Positions 29,464-39,508 of a stretch of DNA of 64,000 nucleotides are shown here, piece by piece. The DNA is taken from assembly GCA_041946805.1 (NCBI GenBank), contig JBHGBC010000009.1, positions 1 through 64,000 of the forward strand, in the 5' to 3' direction. Every line of letters begins with the position of its first letter. Positions within the stretch are counted from its first letter, which is position 1. The translations under genes and the position numbers were made by a program. The notes below the pieces were generated by a model. The model was not told the origin of the DNA. It was given only the letters and a program-made list of their open reading frames with translations, and ran no database searches. The stretch comes from a bacterium (lineage in GTDB: Bacteria > Hinthialibacterota > Hinthialibacteria > Hinthialibacterales > Hinthialibacteraceae).

Positions 29464-30539
29464 GATGCCAATAATACCTCCACACGTTCGGGATTTAAGT
29501 TGGACGTGATTATTTCCGCTCGGCCTTGTTCATCAGGCTTCCGCAAGATCAATACGCCTATCTCAGGGTGATTTTCACAGTATTCCAGGGTTTTCTCAAC
29601 CCCCATCACATAAAATGCCGTCGAAAGCGCTTCCGCCCGCGCGGCGTTGGGGGCGGTGACGTTCACGTTCAGCACCTCGCCGGCCGGCCAGCCCGTCCGG
29701 GGATCGAGGATGTGGCCGTAGGTTTGGCCGTCCACTTCGATCTTTTGCAGCTCCGCGCCGGACGATGAAAATCCCTCGCCGCGCAGCCGCAGATGGGCCA
29801 GGGGATGCTGATGGTCCAGCGGATTCCGGACATCGATCTGCCAGGCATCCCGCCATTTCGGAGCGCCCGAGGCCAAAACGCTGCTGAATCCCCCGTTCAG
29901 CAGGACCGTGGTCAGGTTTTCCTGACGCGCCAGCCGCAGGCCGTAGTCCAGCGCCAGGCCTTTGCCCAGGCTGGCGGGAGTCAGCTCGATCCCCTCCTTG
30001 AGGAAGAAAACCGTCCGCTCCGTCTCGTTCAATTCGACATACTCCATACCCATCCGGCGCCGCGCCGCGTCAATCTCGTCCTGCGTAGGCACACGGCCCT
30101 GGCGGGAAAAAAATCCCCAACAGCGTGACAGGGGCGTGCTGGTGATGTCGAACGCCCCCTGGGTTTCCTGGTGCGTCTCTTGCGCCAGTTTTACCAATTC
30201 GAAAATCTCCGGACCGACCGGGACCGGTTCGCGCGCCGCGAGACGGTTCACCCGGACCAGTTCCGATTCCCCCTTCCACAGGGTCAAGACCGCTTCCACC
30301 CGGTCGATTTCGTCCAGGATCCGCATGCCGGTTTTCCGGACTTCCATCTTTTCGTAGTTGCAGTAGAGGACCTCGAAATCGGTGGCCATGGCTTCCCGCC
30401 GCAGCCGGACATACGACCGGTCCAGCCCCAGGAACGCGAGAGGCTCCTTGAAATCGATGGCATCAGCAATTTGGTTCCAGAAATTCTGCAGGCCGCCCTG
30501 GAAAAAATCGCGGCGCGAGGGGGGTGTGGAACGGGGCAC
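29436..30539 (-). CDS. apbE: FAD:protein FMN transferase
   Basis: AMATDFE, SELVRVN, GAFDIT.PL..WGF, SLGKG, SSSG, YGHILDPRTGWP, AEALSTA. Confidence 0.9.
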   Translation of the reverse strand: MPRSTPPSRRDFFQGGLQNFWNQIADAIDFKEPLAFLGLDRSYVRLRREAMATDFEVLYCNYEKMEVRKTGMRILDEIDRVEAVLTLWKGESELVRVNRLAAREPVPVGPEIFELVKLAQETHQETQGAFDITSTPLSRCWGFFSRQGRVPTQDEIDAARRRMGMEYVELNETERTVFFLKEGIELTPASLGKGLALDYGLRLARQENLTTVLLNGGFSSVLASGAPKWRDAWQIDVRNPLDHQHPLAHLRLRGEGFSSSGAELQKIEVDGQTYGHILDPRTGWPAGEVLNVNVTAPNAARAEALSTAFYVMGVEKTLEYCENHPEIGVLILRKPDEQGRAEIITSNLNPERVEVLLASCQEHRATT

Positions 30540-30751
30540 GTACGGATCTCCCTGCCGAAGGATGCAATTCGACGTTTCGCTGGATAGGCTGCCAAAAACA
30601 ATTATACTGAGAGAACGGATTTTTCTATAGGTTCAAGCCCTCCCGGTTCGACCGCCTGGTCTCCACCTCTTGCGTGACTCCTCCACCGGCGTTCTCGAAT
30701 CAAGAAATCGGAGGTTGCCCCTATTTATGGCAGAGGAGATTTGGATCGCCG

Positions 30752-31729
30752 ATGAAATCGGAATCGTGGTTGAATCAGGCTCTCGCGGCGGAGCCTGCCG
30801 CCCCAAGCCTGGGTATCTGGTCTTTATACTTCGAACTGGGTAAACCGCGTCTCTCCACGCTGGTGGTGATCACTACCTTCGCGGGATTCATGCTGGCGGG
30901 GCCGGAGATTTTCCATCCCGGCTTGCTGTTCTGGACCCTCGTGGGAACCGCGTGCGCCGCCCTGGGCGCGAATTCGTTCAACCAGTGGCGGGAGGCCGCG
31001 CTGGACGCCCGCATGGAGCGGACCCGGCGGCGTCCCTTGCCCATGGGACAGTTGTCGCCCCGCCACGCGCTCATGTGGTCGTGGTCCGTTTCCCTCACCG
31101 GCGTGGTGATTCTGGCTTTGTTCGTGAACGGCCTGACCGCGTTTCTCGGCGCGCTCAATATTCTGATCTACGTGCTGGTTTACACGCCGCTCAAACGGGT
31201 GAGCTCGCTCTGCACTCTGGCCGGGGCGGTGTGCGGCGCGATCCCCCCCCTGATGGGATGGTCGGCCGCCACCGGAGGCTTGGAATACGGAGCCTGGCTT
31301 CTGGCCGCCACCCTGTTCGTGTGGCAGATCCCCCATTTTCTCTCTCTGGCTTGGCTCTACCGGGAGGATTACGCCCGGGGCGGCTTCCGCATGCTGCCCG
31401 TCACCGATCCCTCCGGCCGGGTGACCTGCCCGTTGATCGTGCTGTATACACTGGCCCTGGTGCCGGTGGGTTTGGCCTTCTTTTTGGGCGGATTGAGCGG
31501 GTATTTCTTCCTTTTCACATCCTTTCTGCTGGGCCTGTCGTTTTTGTATCTGGGCTTGCGGTTGTTCTGGCGGCGCACGGAAGCCAATGCCCGCCGGGTG
31601 TTCTTCGCCAGTTTGATCTATTTGCCGTTGTTCATGGGATTTTTGGTGATCGACCAGTCGTTGCCGAGTCCGCATGCGCGGGGGTTGCAGGTTTCGGAGT
31701 GGCAGGCCAAGCTCGAACCCCTGGGTTGA
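30752..31729 (+). CDS. cyoE: heme o synthase (protoheme IX farnesyltransferase)
   Basis: LGKPRLS, DARMERTRRRPLP, YTPLKR, GAIPPLMGW, WQIPHF, DYARGG. Confidence 0.93.
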   Translation: MKSESWLNQALAAEPAAPSLGIWSLYFELGKPRLSTLVVITTFAGFMLAGPEIFHPGLLFWTLVGTACAALGANSFNQWREAALDARMERTRRRPLPMGQLSPRHALMWSWSVSLTGVVILALFVNGLTAFLGALNILIYVLVYTPLKRVSSLCTLAGAVCGAIPPLMGWSAATGGLEYGAWLLAATLFVWQIPHFLSLAWLYREDYARGGFRMLPVTDPSGRVTCPLIVLYTLALVPVGLAFFLGGLSGYFFLFTSFLLGLSFLYLGLRLFWRRTEANARRVFFASLIYLPLFMGFLVIDQSLPSPHARGLQVSEWQAKLEPLG

Positions 31730-31861
31730 ACCCCTGGGCTGTTTCAGGCGGTCCCTTGAAAGGGGCGCTGAGGGGGAAGAATGGGGTGATTGCGAAATCC
31801 GGGAAGGTGTGGGGTGATGAAAGGGCTTCCCGCACCCTTGCCCTTTCCCAGAGGGAGAGGG
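31715..31861. repeat. REP-like modules overlapping and following the cyoE stop
   Basis: CCCTGGGTTGAACCCCTGGGCT, CCCTTGAAAGGGG, CCCGCACCCTTGCCCTTTCCCAGAGGGAGAGGG (31829-31861). Confidence 0.75.
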
Positions 31862-31998
31862 AATCGTGACGCGCTCCCATCAAAACTCGTATGACGAATA
31901 AAGAACTGAGAAAGGTCTGCATTCGAGTATATAGTGACTCCCGAAGGATTCCCGTTTGGTAGGTTTTCAATTAGTTTCTAATTGCATGGCCTATTTCC

Positions 31999-33099
31999 AT
32001 GAATGAACCATCCCATTCTCCTGAGCCATTACCGGCCGAACCGCCCCGCATGCTGCAATTCGCCAGCGGCGGGTGGGCGATTTTCCTGGCTGTGATCCTG
32101 TGCGTGGGGGCGCTCGTCTGGCATTTGAAATACGAAGTTCCAGCAAACAATCCAACCAGACCGGGAGACGGCCGGCATGTCGAGACATATGGATTCGACC
32201 TTTCCACCTGCCGGATTCCCCGGGAGCAGCTCGTGGCGGCCGGGATGCCCAAGGATGGATTGCCCGCGCTCTCCAATCCTCCTGTCATGTCCGCAGTGGA
32301 TGTGGAAATCCTCAACGATCGGCAACGGGGCAAGTACCTGGTGCCCTCCGACCGGGTGATCGGCGTGGAAATCGCGGGGCAGGCGCGCGCGTATCCCTTG
32401 CGTGTTATGAATTGGCACGAAGTGATCAACGATACGATCGCGAAGACGCCCGTCCTGGTAACATACAGCCCCTTCTGCGACAGTCCGGCGGTTTACCGCC
32501 GGCCGGTGAATGGCGATACACTGGAATTCGGCGCGGGCGGCTTGATGTTCAATTCCAACCCGCTCTTGTTTGACCGGAGGGCGAATGGGGCGGGGGAGAG
32601 CCTCTGGAGCCAGTTGCTGGGCGAAGCCGTGGCGGGTCCGGCCGCTGCCGCGGGGCAAGGCCTGGAACGGATTCCCTGTTTTCTGATGGGATATGGAGAT
32701 TGGGTGAACGAGCATCCCGGGACCACGGTGTTGTCGCCGGATCCCCGGTACCAGGATCTCTACAAGAAAAATTTCGGGAATTATTTCGGATCGGATGTTT
32801 TGCGCTTCCCCGTGACTCCCTGGCCCCCCGATCCGGATCTGCCCAAGAAAACGCCGGTGATCGTGGTTCGTACCGGGGATGGTTCCCAGGCCTACACGTA
32901 TGAAGCGATCGCCGGCCGGGTGGCCGCGGATGCGGTCTGGAACACCGATATCGGCGGCGTCCCGGTGCGATTCCGCTATTACGCCCATCCCCCCGCGGTC
33001 ATTGCCGCGTCCAACGGTTCCTCTAAACCCGTGGAAGTGATTTACGCGTTTTGGTTCGCCTGGTACGCGCTGCATCCCGACACGGCGCTGGCGCGGTAG
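31999..33099 (+). CDS. DUF3179 domain-containing membrane-anchored protein
   Basis: PKDGLPALSNP, ARAYPLRVMNWHEVIND, SLWSQLLGEAVAGP, W..EHPGTTVLS, AFWFAWYALHPDT. Confidence 0.85.
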   Translation: MNEPSHSPEPLPAEPPRMLQFASGGWAIFLAVILCVGALVWHLKYEVPANNPTRPGDGRHVETYGFDLSTCRIPREQLVAAGMPKDGLPALSNPPVMSAVDVEILNDRQRGKYLVPSDRVIGVEIAGQARAYPLRVMNWHEVINDTIAKTPVLVTYSPFCDSPAVYRRPVNGDTLEFGAGGLMFNSNPLLFDRRANGAGESLWSQLLGEAVAGPAAAAGQGLERIPCFLMGYGDWVNEHPGTTVLSPDPRYQDLYKKNFGNYFGSDVLRFPVTPWPPDPDLPKKTPVIVVRTGDGSQAYTYEAIAGRVAADAVWNTDIGGVPVRFRYYAHPPAVIAASNGSSKPVEVIYAFWFAWYALHPDTALAR

Positions 33100-33114
33100 G
33101 CCCGGCGGGCCGCG

Positions 33115-33735
33115 TCAACCCACGATCACCAGCAGCGTGAACAGGATGATCCACACCACGTCCAGAAAGTGCCAATAGATGGCGCTGTATTCCACGCCGG
33201 GATGGCGGGCGGCGGTGTAGATTCCCCGATGCGCCTTGCGGGTGACGATCCCCAGTTCGATCAATCCGCCGAGCACATGCAGGGCGTGCAGCCCGGTCAG
33301 CATGAAGAAGGTAAAGGCGTACAGATTCACGGACATGGTGACGCGAATCAGGATCAATTGGATCCAGTTCGCCGTCTGGTTGATTACAAACAGGTATCCC
33401 AGCCCGTTGGTGATCCACAGCCATTTCCGCAATCCCGCTGTGTCGCCGGCGCGGATCCGGCGTAACGCTAGTTGTATCGCGGCGCTGCTGAGCACAATGA
33501 TCAGCGTGCTGAGCCACAGCCCGGCAGGCAGGCGCGGCATGCCTGCGGGCGGCCAGGATTCGTGCCGCAGGCGGACCGCCAGGTATCCGGTCAGGCTCGC
33601 GGCGAAGAGCATCGAGAGGGACGCGATGAAGAAGAACATGCCGAGACGTCCCGCGCCGGGCACGGATTCCCAGTGTTCGTTCGTCCGGCCGGGATCTGTG
33701 GGAGGATGGTTGGATTTGGGCGGTTGCGCGTTCAT
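33115..33735 (-). CDS. cytochrome c oxidase subunit III-like protein (second paralog)
   Basis: GMFFFIAS, FFMLTGLHALHVLGG, YWHFLDVVW. Confidence 0.88.
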   Translation of the reverse strand: MNAQPPKSNHPPTDPGRTNEHWESVPGAGRLGMFFFIASLSMLFAASLTGYLAVRLRHESWPPAGMPRLPAGLWLSTLIIVLSSAAIQLALRRIRAGDTAGLRKWLWITNGLGYLFVINQTANWIQLILIRVTMSVNLYAFTFFMLTGLHALHVLGGLIELGIVTRKAHRGIYTAARHPGVEYSAIYWHFLDVVWIILFTLLVIVG

Positions 33736-34109
33736 TTGTTCATGAGGGGGGCGTAACCGGGGATCAGATCCGGGTAATACTCGGTGGTGTCGATCAACAG
33801 CATGACTACAAAGAGGGCGACAAACAGCAACGCGGTGATGAAAATGATGGCGTGGAAGGGTTTGTCCCAGTACATGTGCATGAAAAACAAAACGACCAGG
33901 GAGGCTTTCAGGGTCGCGATCGCCATCGCCAGCATCAGGTTCATGCCGCCCAGGTCGATATAGGTGGCGCTGACCGTGAGGTAGGTCAGGATCATCAGCG
34001 TGATCCAGACGGCCGCCAGGATCCAGAACGATACGATATGTCCCACCCGCCCGGATTCATGGGCAGGCCCTCCATGCGGATGGACCGCTGCCTGCGCGGG
34101 ATTGGTCAT
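33732..34109 (-). CDS. cytochrome c oxidase subunit IV family protein
   Basis: LMILTYLTV, IATLKASLVVLFFMHMYWD. Confidence 0.88.
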   Translation of the reverse strand: MTNPAQAAVHPHGGPAHESGRVGHIVSFWILAAVWITLMILTYLTVSATYIDLGGMNLMLAMAIATLKASLVVLFFMHMYWDKPFHAIIFITALLFVALFVVMLLIDTTEYYPDLIPGYAPLMNK

Positions 34110-34175
34110 GAATGGTTGCTCCTTCCGTGGTATTTCGGTTTCTCTCACCCGATGCGCGGAGGTTGGATATTTTTT

Positions 34176-34252
34176 CTCATCCTAGCCCTCTCCCAGAGGG
34201 AGAGGGAATTCGTAATTTGGAACCCACTCGTTCCAGAGCTTACGCCCTGGGC
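34176..34252. repeat. REP-like modules
   Basis: CTCATCCTAGCCCTCTCCCAGAGGGAGAGGG (34176-34206); CCAGAGCTTACGCCCTGGGCT. Confidence 0.75.
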
Positions 34253-34288
34253 TGTGCTCAAACCGTGCTATTGACTCTGAAAAGATAC

Positions 34289-34499
34289 GGTTCATCCGGT
34301 AAGTGTGTACTTTTTATCAAGCATGGCCGGCCGCTTTTCAACCGGGCCGGCCGGAAAGATCAATCCCCTAATCCCCTCTCCCTCTGGGAGAGGGCTAGGG
34401 TGAGGGAATTTTTGTAGGGGCTGACCTTGGTGTCCGCCCTCATCCAGCGGCGGATGAAATCTATTTTGCTTCATCAGGTACGTACTTGTCGGATGAACC
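34289..34499 (+). mobile_element. ~210-bp non-autonomous element (MITE/REPIN-like), copy A
   Basis: TIRs GGTTCATCCGGTAAGTGTGTAC / GTACGTACTTGTCGGATGAACC; internal CCCTCTCCC..GGGTGAGGG and GTAGGGGCTGACC..GTGTCCGCCC. Confidence 0.8.
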
Positions 34500-34551
34500 A
34501 ATGATAATACCGCCGTTCCGTAAATCATGCTTTACGAAAACTCAATTGGAC

Positions 34552-35529
34552 CTAATGGATCAAATACAACAAGGGGAACAAGTAAATCCAGATCAGGTCC
34601 ACCAAATGCCAGTATAAACCCACGAAGTCCACCGGCGTGAAATAATCCGTGTTGAATTGTCCCTGCAGGGACCGGTACAGCAGCCAGGCGATGACCACGA
34701 TCCCGCCCAGGACGTGGATCCCGTGCAGGCCGGTCATCGCGAAATAAATGCCAAAGAAGATATGCACGTTCGCGGGTTTTGGGACGGTCTCATGCCCGCC
34801 GTCCCCGCTCTCCGGGGCCAGGCCGGCAGGCCCCACCGCCGCCGGGGGGATGTTGGAGCGTTCTTCCGCCATTCCACCCGCGCCGGCCGCCGGCGTGGCG
34901 GAGGTTATAACCTGGGCCGTGGGAGCCGCTGGAGTAACGGCCGCTGGTTGTGCGGCTGAAGCCGCGGAAGGAGTGGGGGCAGAGGCTTGGGTTTGAGGAA
35001 CGGGGGGCGCGGTGTTTCCGGATTCCGTTCCCGAATGGCCTGGAGCCGCGGATTCCGAATGCGGTGTCTCGTGCTCCCGCGGATGGTAATAATACCCCAT
35101 CAGCAGGCCGTGTTTCCACTTTTGCTGATATTCCACATACTTGATGCCCAGAAAACCGAAGGCGCACAGCAGAGTCAGCGCCAGCAGGACGATCAATCCC
35201 CGTTGCTTGCCCATCTGCGCGCAGCGCACCGCCCAGGCCATGGTGAAACTGCTGCAGATCAGGACGATGGTGTTGATGCCGCCCAGCGTCTTGTCCAGGT
35301 ATTGATGCGCGTACAGGAAAATTTCGGGATGATGGTTCCGGTACACGGCGTACGCGACGAACAGGCCCCCGAAGAACAGGACTTCCGTGGATAAAAAAAT
35401 CCACATTCCCAGCTTGCCGGAATCGAATTGCTGCTGGGGCGTGTCGAAATGATGCTGCAGGAAGGGAGGATGCCCGTGTTTCTCCTCCACCGCCGCCGGT
35501 CCGGTTCCATGTTCCATGCTAGTGACCAT
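34552..35529 (-). CDS. coxC: cytochrome c oxidase subunit III with low-complexity loop insertion
   Basis: HHFD..QQ, KLGMWIFLSTEVLFFGGLF, NTIVLICSSFTMA, TGLHGIHV, YWHLVDLIWIYLFPLLY. Confidence 0.92.
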   Translation of the reverse strand: MVTSMEHGTGPAAVEEKHGHPPFLQHHFDTPQQQFDSGKLGMWIFLSTEVLFFGGLFVAYAVYRNHHPEIFLYAHQYLDKTLGGINTIVLICSSFTMAWAVRCAQMGKQRGLIVLLALTLLCAFGFLGIKYVEYQQKWKHGLLMGYYYHPREHETPHSESAAPGHSGTESGNTAPPVPQTQASAPTPSAASAAQPAAVTPAAPTAQVITSATPAAGAGGMAEERSNIPPAAVGPAGLAPESGDGGHETVPKPANVHIFFGIYFAMTGLHGIHVLGGIVVIAWLLYRSLQGQFNTDYFTPVDFVGLYWHLVDLIWIYLFPLLYLIH

Positions 35530-35590
35530 ATTTCTTTCTTTTCCAACCTCCCGGGACATGAAAAGTCATGGGGTTTCCACCCGCCGGTTA

Positions 35591-37273
35591 TTATGGATTG
35601 CCCTTGCGCATATACCCCCCGAGGGAACGGTCGTACGTGAGATGGCTGAAATCGTAGGGGTCGTCCGTGGCGGGCGCGGTCTTGAAATTGTAATAAGGAG
35701 GCGGCGACGCGCAGGTCCATTCCAGGGTGGCCGCGCCCCAGGGATTGTCCGGAGCTTTCGCCCCCCGAAACAGGGAATGCAACAAGTATCCGGCAATCAT
35801 GAAAAAACCCACCGCCATGATGTAGGAACCGATCGAGGAGAGCACATGCCAGAACGTGAAAACCGTGTCGTAGTTGTAATACCGGCGCGGCATGCCCTTG
35901 GCCCCCATGACGAATTGCGCGAAGAAGGTCAGGTTGAATCCCACGAAGACCAGCAGGGCGGCGATCCGTCCCCAAAATTCACTGTACATCCGGCCGAACA
36001 TCTTGGGCCACCAGTAATGCAGCCCGCCCAGGAACGCGATCACCGTGCCTCCGAACATCACATAATGAAAATGGGCGACGACGAAATAGGTATCGTGCAG
36101 GTGGACATCCACCGCCAGCGCGCCCAGGAACAGCCCGGTCAGCCCCCCGATCCCGAACAGAAACAGAAATGACAGGGCGTACAGCATGGGTGTATCGAGA
36201 TGGATCGAGCCTTTGTACATGGTGGCCAGCCAGTTGAAGACCTTGATGGCCGAGGGGATCGCGACGCTGAAGGTCAGGAAACTGAAGATCATGTTGGCCA
36301 GCGGGGATTGGCCGCTGGTAAACATGTGGTGTCCCCAAACCAGAAAACTGAGGATCGCGATGGCGATGCTGCTCATCGCGATGAACTTGTATCCGAAGAT
36401 ATGTTTGCGGCTGAAGACGGAGATCAGTTCGCTCATGATCCCCATCGCCGGCAGGATCATGATGTACACCGCCGGATGCGAATAAAACCAGAAGAAATGC
36501 TGATAGAGCACCGGATCGCCGCCCAGGTTGGGATCGAAGATGCCGATCCCCAGCCCGCGTTCGACGATCAGCAGCAGCAGGGTGATGCCCAGCACCGGGG
36601 TCGCCAAAATCTGGATCACGCTGGTGCCATACAACGCCCAGAGGAAAAGAGGCAGACGGAACCAGGTCATCCCATCCGGCCGCAGTTTGTGGATGCTGAC
36701 CAGAAAATTCAATCCGGTAAAGATGGAGCTGAATCCCAGGATGAACGCTCCGAAGGTCAGCCAATACACCCCGCTATGGCTGGTGGTGGTGCTGTAAGGC
36801 GTGTAGAAGGTCCAGCCGGTATCCACACTGCCTAACACGATAGAAAGTAGCGCCAGCAGGGCGCCCGTGACGTACAAATAGTAACTGGCCAGGTTCAACC
36901 GGGGAAACGCGACATCCTTGGCGCCCAGCATGAGGGGCAGCACGAAGTTGCCCAACGCGGCAGGGATGCCGGGGATGATGAAGAGGAAGATCATGATCGT
37001 TCCGTGCAGGGTGAACAACTGGTTGTAGGTGTCGGCGTCGACGATGGTCTTCTTGGGCGTCAACAACTCGGTGCGGATGAGCAAGGCCATCATCCCGCCC
37101 AAAAAGAAGGCCGTGAGGATCGAGATCAGGTACATCACCCCGATGCGCTTGTGATCGAGGGTCGACGCCCAGGACCAAAATCCCCGGCCGTGTGTCAGGT
37201 AGTTGTCCTCATCCCCGCGCGCGGCATCCCGCGCCCGCGCCTCCGCATCCGGCCGAGTAATTGTGGTGACCAT
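35591..37273 (-). CDS. coxA: cytochrome c oxidase subunit I, type A2
   Basis: [27 protein letters not shown] (YS motif of A2), [25 protein letters not shown]. Confidence 0.97.
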   Translation of the reverse strand: MVTTITRPDAEARARDAARGDEDNYLTHGRGFWSWASTLDHKRIGVMYLISILTAFFLGGMMALLIRTELLTPKKTIVDADTYNQLFTLHGTIMIFLFIIPGIPAALGNFVLPLMLGAKDVAFPRLNLASYYLYVTGALLALLSIVLGSVDTGWTFYTPYSTTTSHSGVYWLTFGAFILGFSSIFTGLNFLVSIHKLRPDGMTWFRLPLFLWALYGTSVIQILATPVLGITLLLLIVERGLGIGIFDPNLGGDPVLYQHFFWFYSHPAVYIMILPAMGIMSELISVFSRKHIFGYKFIAMSSIAIAILSFLVWGHHMFTSGQSPLANMIFSFLTFSVAIPSAIKVFNWLATMYKGSIHLDTPMLYALSFLFLFGIGGLTGLFLGALAVDVHLHDTYFVVAHFHYVMFGGTVIAFLGGLHYWWPKMFGRMYSEFWGRIAALLVFVGFNLTFFAQFVMGAKGMPRRYYNYDTVFTFWHVLSSIGSYIMAVGFFMIAGYLLHSLFRGAKAPDNPWGAATLEWTCASPPPYYNFKTAPATDDPYDFSHLTYDRSLGGYMRKGNP

Positions 37274-37298
37274 GTTCGTTCCTTTATCCGGACGGCGG

Positions 37299-38267
37299 TC
37301 AGGAGCCGCTTCCGGGATTCTCCTTCAAGGTTTTGAGGTATTCAATGATGGCCGCGATCTCTTCTTCTTTCAGCTTTCCCTGGAAGGTGGGCATGATGTT
37401 GTCGAAGCCCGCGACGATCTGCGCCGCCGGTTCCAGGAGGGAACGCCGGATGTAATCCTCATCGACGGTGACCGCCGAGCCATCGGCCAATTTCACCGGA
37501 TGCCCATACAGACCGAGGAACGTGGGGCCGTCATCGGCCGATCCGTCGAGAGTGTGGCATTGCGCGCAGCCCTTGCGCTTGTACAGGACCGCGCCCGCCT
37601 CCACGGGGGTCATCCGCTTGAGCAGGTTCGAGGCTTCCTCCAGCCAGGTCTCGTAACCGCCCGGCTCGTGCACCGTCAGCTCGGCGAACATGTCGGAATG
37701 CCCCGTCCCGCAATACTCCGCGCAATAGACGGGAAACGTGCCCGTTTGCGTGGCCTTGGCCCACGCGGTGGTCAGCCGCCCCGGCACGGCATCCATTTTC
37801 AGCCGGAACGCGGGGATGAACAGACTGTGGGTCACGTCCTCCGATGAGATGATCAATTTCACCGGAGTGTCCACGGGGATATGCAGGCCCTCGTCGATGT
37901 GCCCGTTGGGGTACTTGAAGAACCATTGCCACTTCTGTCCCGTGACCCAGATGTCCAGCGTGTTGCCCGGGGCGAGGTGGATGTCCATGTAGGTCCGGAA
38001 ACCGTAGAAGAAGATCACCAGCACGATCAGGATGGGGATCACCGTCCAGGTGATCTCCAAGGCCGTGTGCGATTCATGGGATTCTTCTTCCACCCATCCT
38101 TCCCGCTGCCGGTACTTGATCACGAAAACGGTCATGATCCCGACAATCAACAGGAAGAAGAAGACCGCGATCCAGTAAATGAAATAGAAGACCCAGTCCA
38201 CCTCTTGCGCCGTGGTGGACGCTTGAGGGGGCATCCAGAATGTGCCAGCCGATTGCGCCAAAATCAT
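37299..38267 (-). CDS. coxB: cytochrome c oxidase subunit II with fused cytochrome c domain (caa3 type)
   Basis: [23 protein letters not shown]uA site; C-terminal CAQCH...MP. Confidence 0.95.
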   Translation of the reverse strand: MILAQSAGTFWMPPQASTTAQEVDWVFYFIYWIAVFFFLLIVGIMTVFVIKYRQREGWVEEESHESHTALEITWTVIPILIVLVIFFYGFRTYMDIHLAPGNTLDIWVTGQKWQWFFKYPNGHIDEGLHIPVDTPVKLIISSEDVTHSLFIPAFRLKMDAVPGRLTTAWAKATQTGTFPVYCAEYCGTGHSDMFAELTVHEPGGYETWLEEASNLLKRMTPVEAGAVLYKRKGCAQCHTLDGSADDGPTFLGLYGHPVKLADGSAVTVDEDYIRRSLLEPAAQIVAGFDNIMPTFQGKLKEEEIAAIIEYLKTLKENPGSGS

Positions 38268-38301
38268 GTTTTGTATCCCGTGTGATTGCGTGCTGTGAGC
38301 T

Positions 38302-39219
38302 TCACAGGTTCAGGCCCTGCCGGGCTTCGTTCATGGCCCGCCGACGGTTTTTCCGGTATTCGCGGCCCCAATAAATCCCCAAAAAGATCCCCAGGGCCGC
38401 CACTGTCAGGCCGCCCCCGAACCGCATGATGTTCATCGCCACCGGCGCGTAACGGCTGACGCTGGGATCGTAATGGAAACAAGTCAGCAGAAAATGATCC
38501 AGCGCGGTCCCGATCTTACCCTCCGAGGCTTCCACCAGCGACAGCCGCAAGGTCTGGGGATCGAACTGGATGCCGTACAGGTAGCGGGATACGCGGCCGT
38601 CCGGCGTGCAGAGGATCAGGGCCGCCGGATGCGCGAACTCTTTGCGCTTTTCGATCCACTTGAAGCCGAAGCCGGCCGTGTGGGTCAGTTTCAGGATGTT
38701 CTCGTTTTTCCCGGTCAGGAAATGCCAACCTTGGTAACCTTCCGTCCGCCCATATTCCTTGAGCACGTTTTGTTTCTTGAATTTGGCCAGGTTGGGGGTT
38801 TCCAGGGGATCGATGCTGAGAGTGACGATTTGAAAATCCTGACCCGCGGTGAGGGGGAGTTCCTTGAGCCCTTCCAGCAGGCCGTTCAGGATCAAGCCGC
38901 ACAGCATGGGGCAGCGGTAATATCCCAGATTCAGGATCACGGGCAGGTGGCCGCTGAAATACTCGGCCAGCCGGACTTCCTTCCCCTCCTCGTCGAGGAA
39001 GGCCAGGTCCAGGGGGAGCGGGGTGTTGAGGTGCTCCGTGATCTCCACCCCTTCCAATTCCTGGGGTTCCCGGTTCAGTTGGGCGGCCGCATTCATGATC
39101 GATCCACCCAAGAGAACGCAACATGTTCCGAAAACGATAACTCCATGCCGGTATGCTTTGCGACGCATCATCCAGCCTCCCTGGCCCGAGAATGCCGGTT
39201 GTTGGATTCCGGCCCTCAT
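38302..39219 (-). CDS. SCO family copper chaperone
   Basis: YYRCPMLC, WHFLTG, FAHPA, SRYLYGI, CFHYDP; start uncertain (39219 or 39171). Confidence 0.9.
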   Translation of the reverse strand: MRAGIQQPAFSGQGGWMMRRKAYRHGVIVFGTCCVLLGGSIMNAAAQLNREPQELEGVEITEHLNTPLPLDLAFLDEEGKEVRLAEYFSGHLPVILNLGYYRCPMLCGLILNGLLEGLKELPLTAGQDFQIVTLSIDPLETPNLAKFKKQNVLKEYGRTEGYQGWHFLTGKNENILKLTHTAGFGFKWIEKRKEFAHPAALILCTPDGRVSRYLYGIQFDPQTLRLSLVEASEGKIGTALDHFLLTCFHYDPSVSRYAPVAMNIMRFGGGLTVAALGIFLGIYWGREYRKNRRRAMNEARQGLNL

Positions 39220-39500
39220 TGATGTTCCTTCACCACCAGTTCCATGGCCCGGCCGATGGGGATCGCGACCGCGCGGCTGGCCTCGTTCACCCAGCGGTAG
39301 GCGTGGAGTTGTTCTTGTTGTTTGGCGGTCACCTGGGTGAGTTCCGCCGGCCTTTGGCTGACGACTTTGCGGGCGAACTCGCGCTCTTGATAGGTGTAGT
39401 ACCAAACCTGCAGGCCGACGATCAATCCGAAAAGAAGTATAGCCGACAGAAATCCGATCAGCGCGATCAGGGACGTATTCAGGTCATCTCGATAAGCCAT
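39216..39500 (-). CDS. small single-TM protein in the ActG position
   Basis: One TM; C-terminal L.AYRWV...AIPIGRAMELV; lies between actF and SCO with ATGA coupling. Confidence 0.65.
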   Translation of the reverse strand: MAYRDDLNTSLIALIGFLSAILLFGLIVGLQVWYYTYQEREFARKVVSQRPAELTQVTAKQQEQLHAYRWVNEASRAVAIPIGRAMELVVKEHQ

Positions 39501-39508
39501 GGCATGCC

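Noticed and set aside
31999..33099. Selenocysteine recoding in the DUF3179 gene
   Set aside because: The ORF has no in-frame TGA, the motif position is Ser and the gene ends at TAG.
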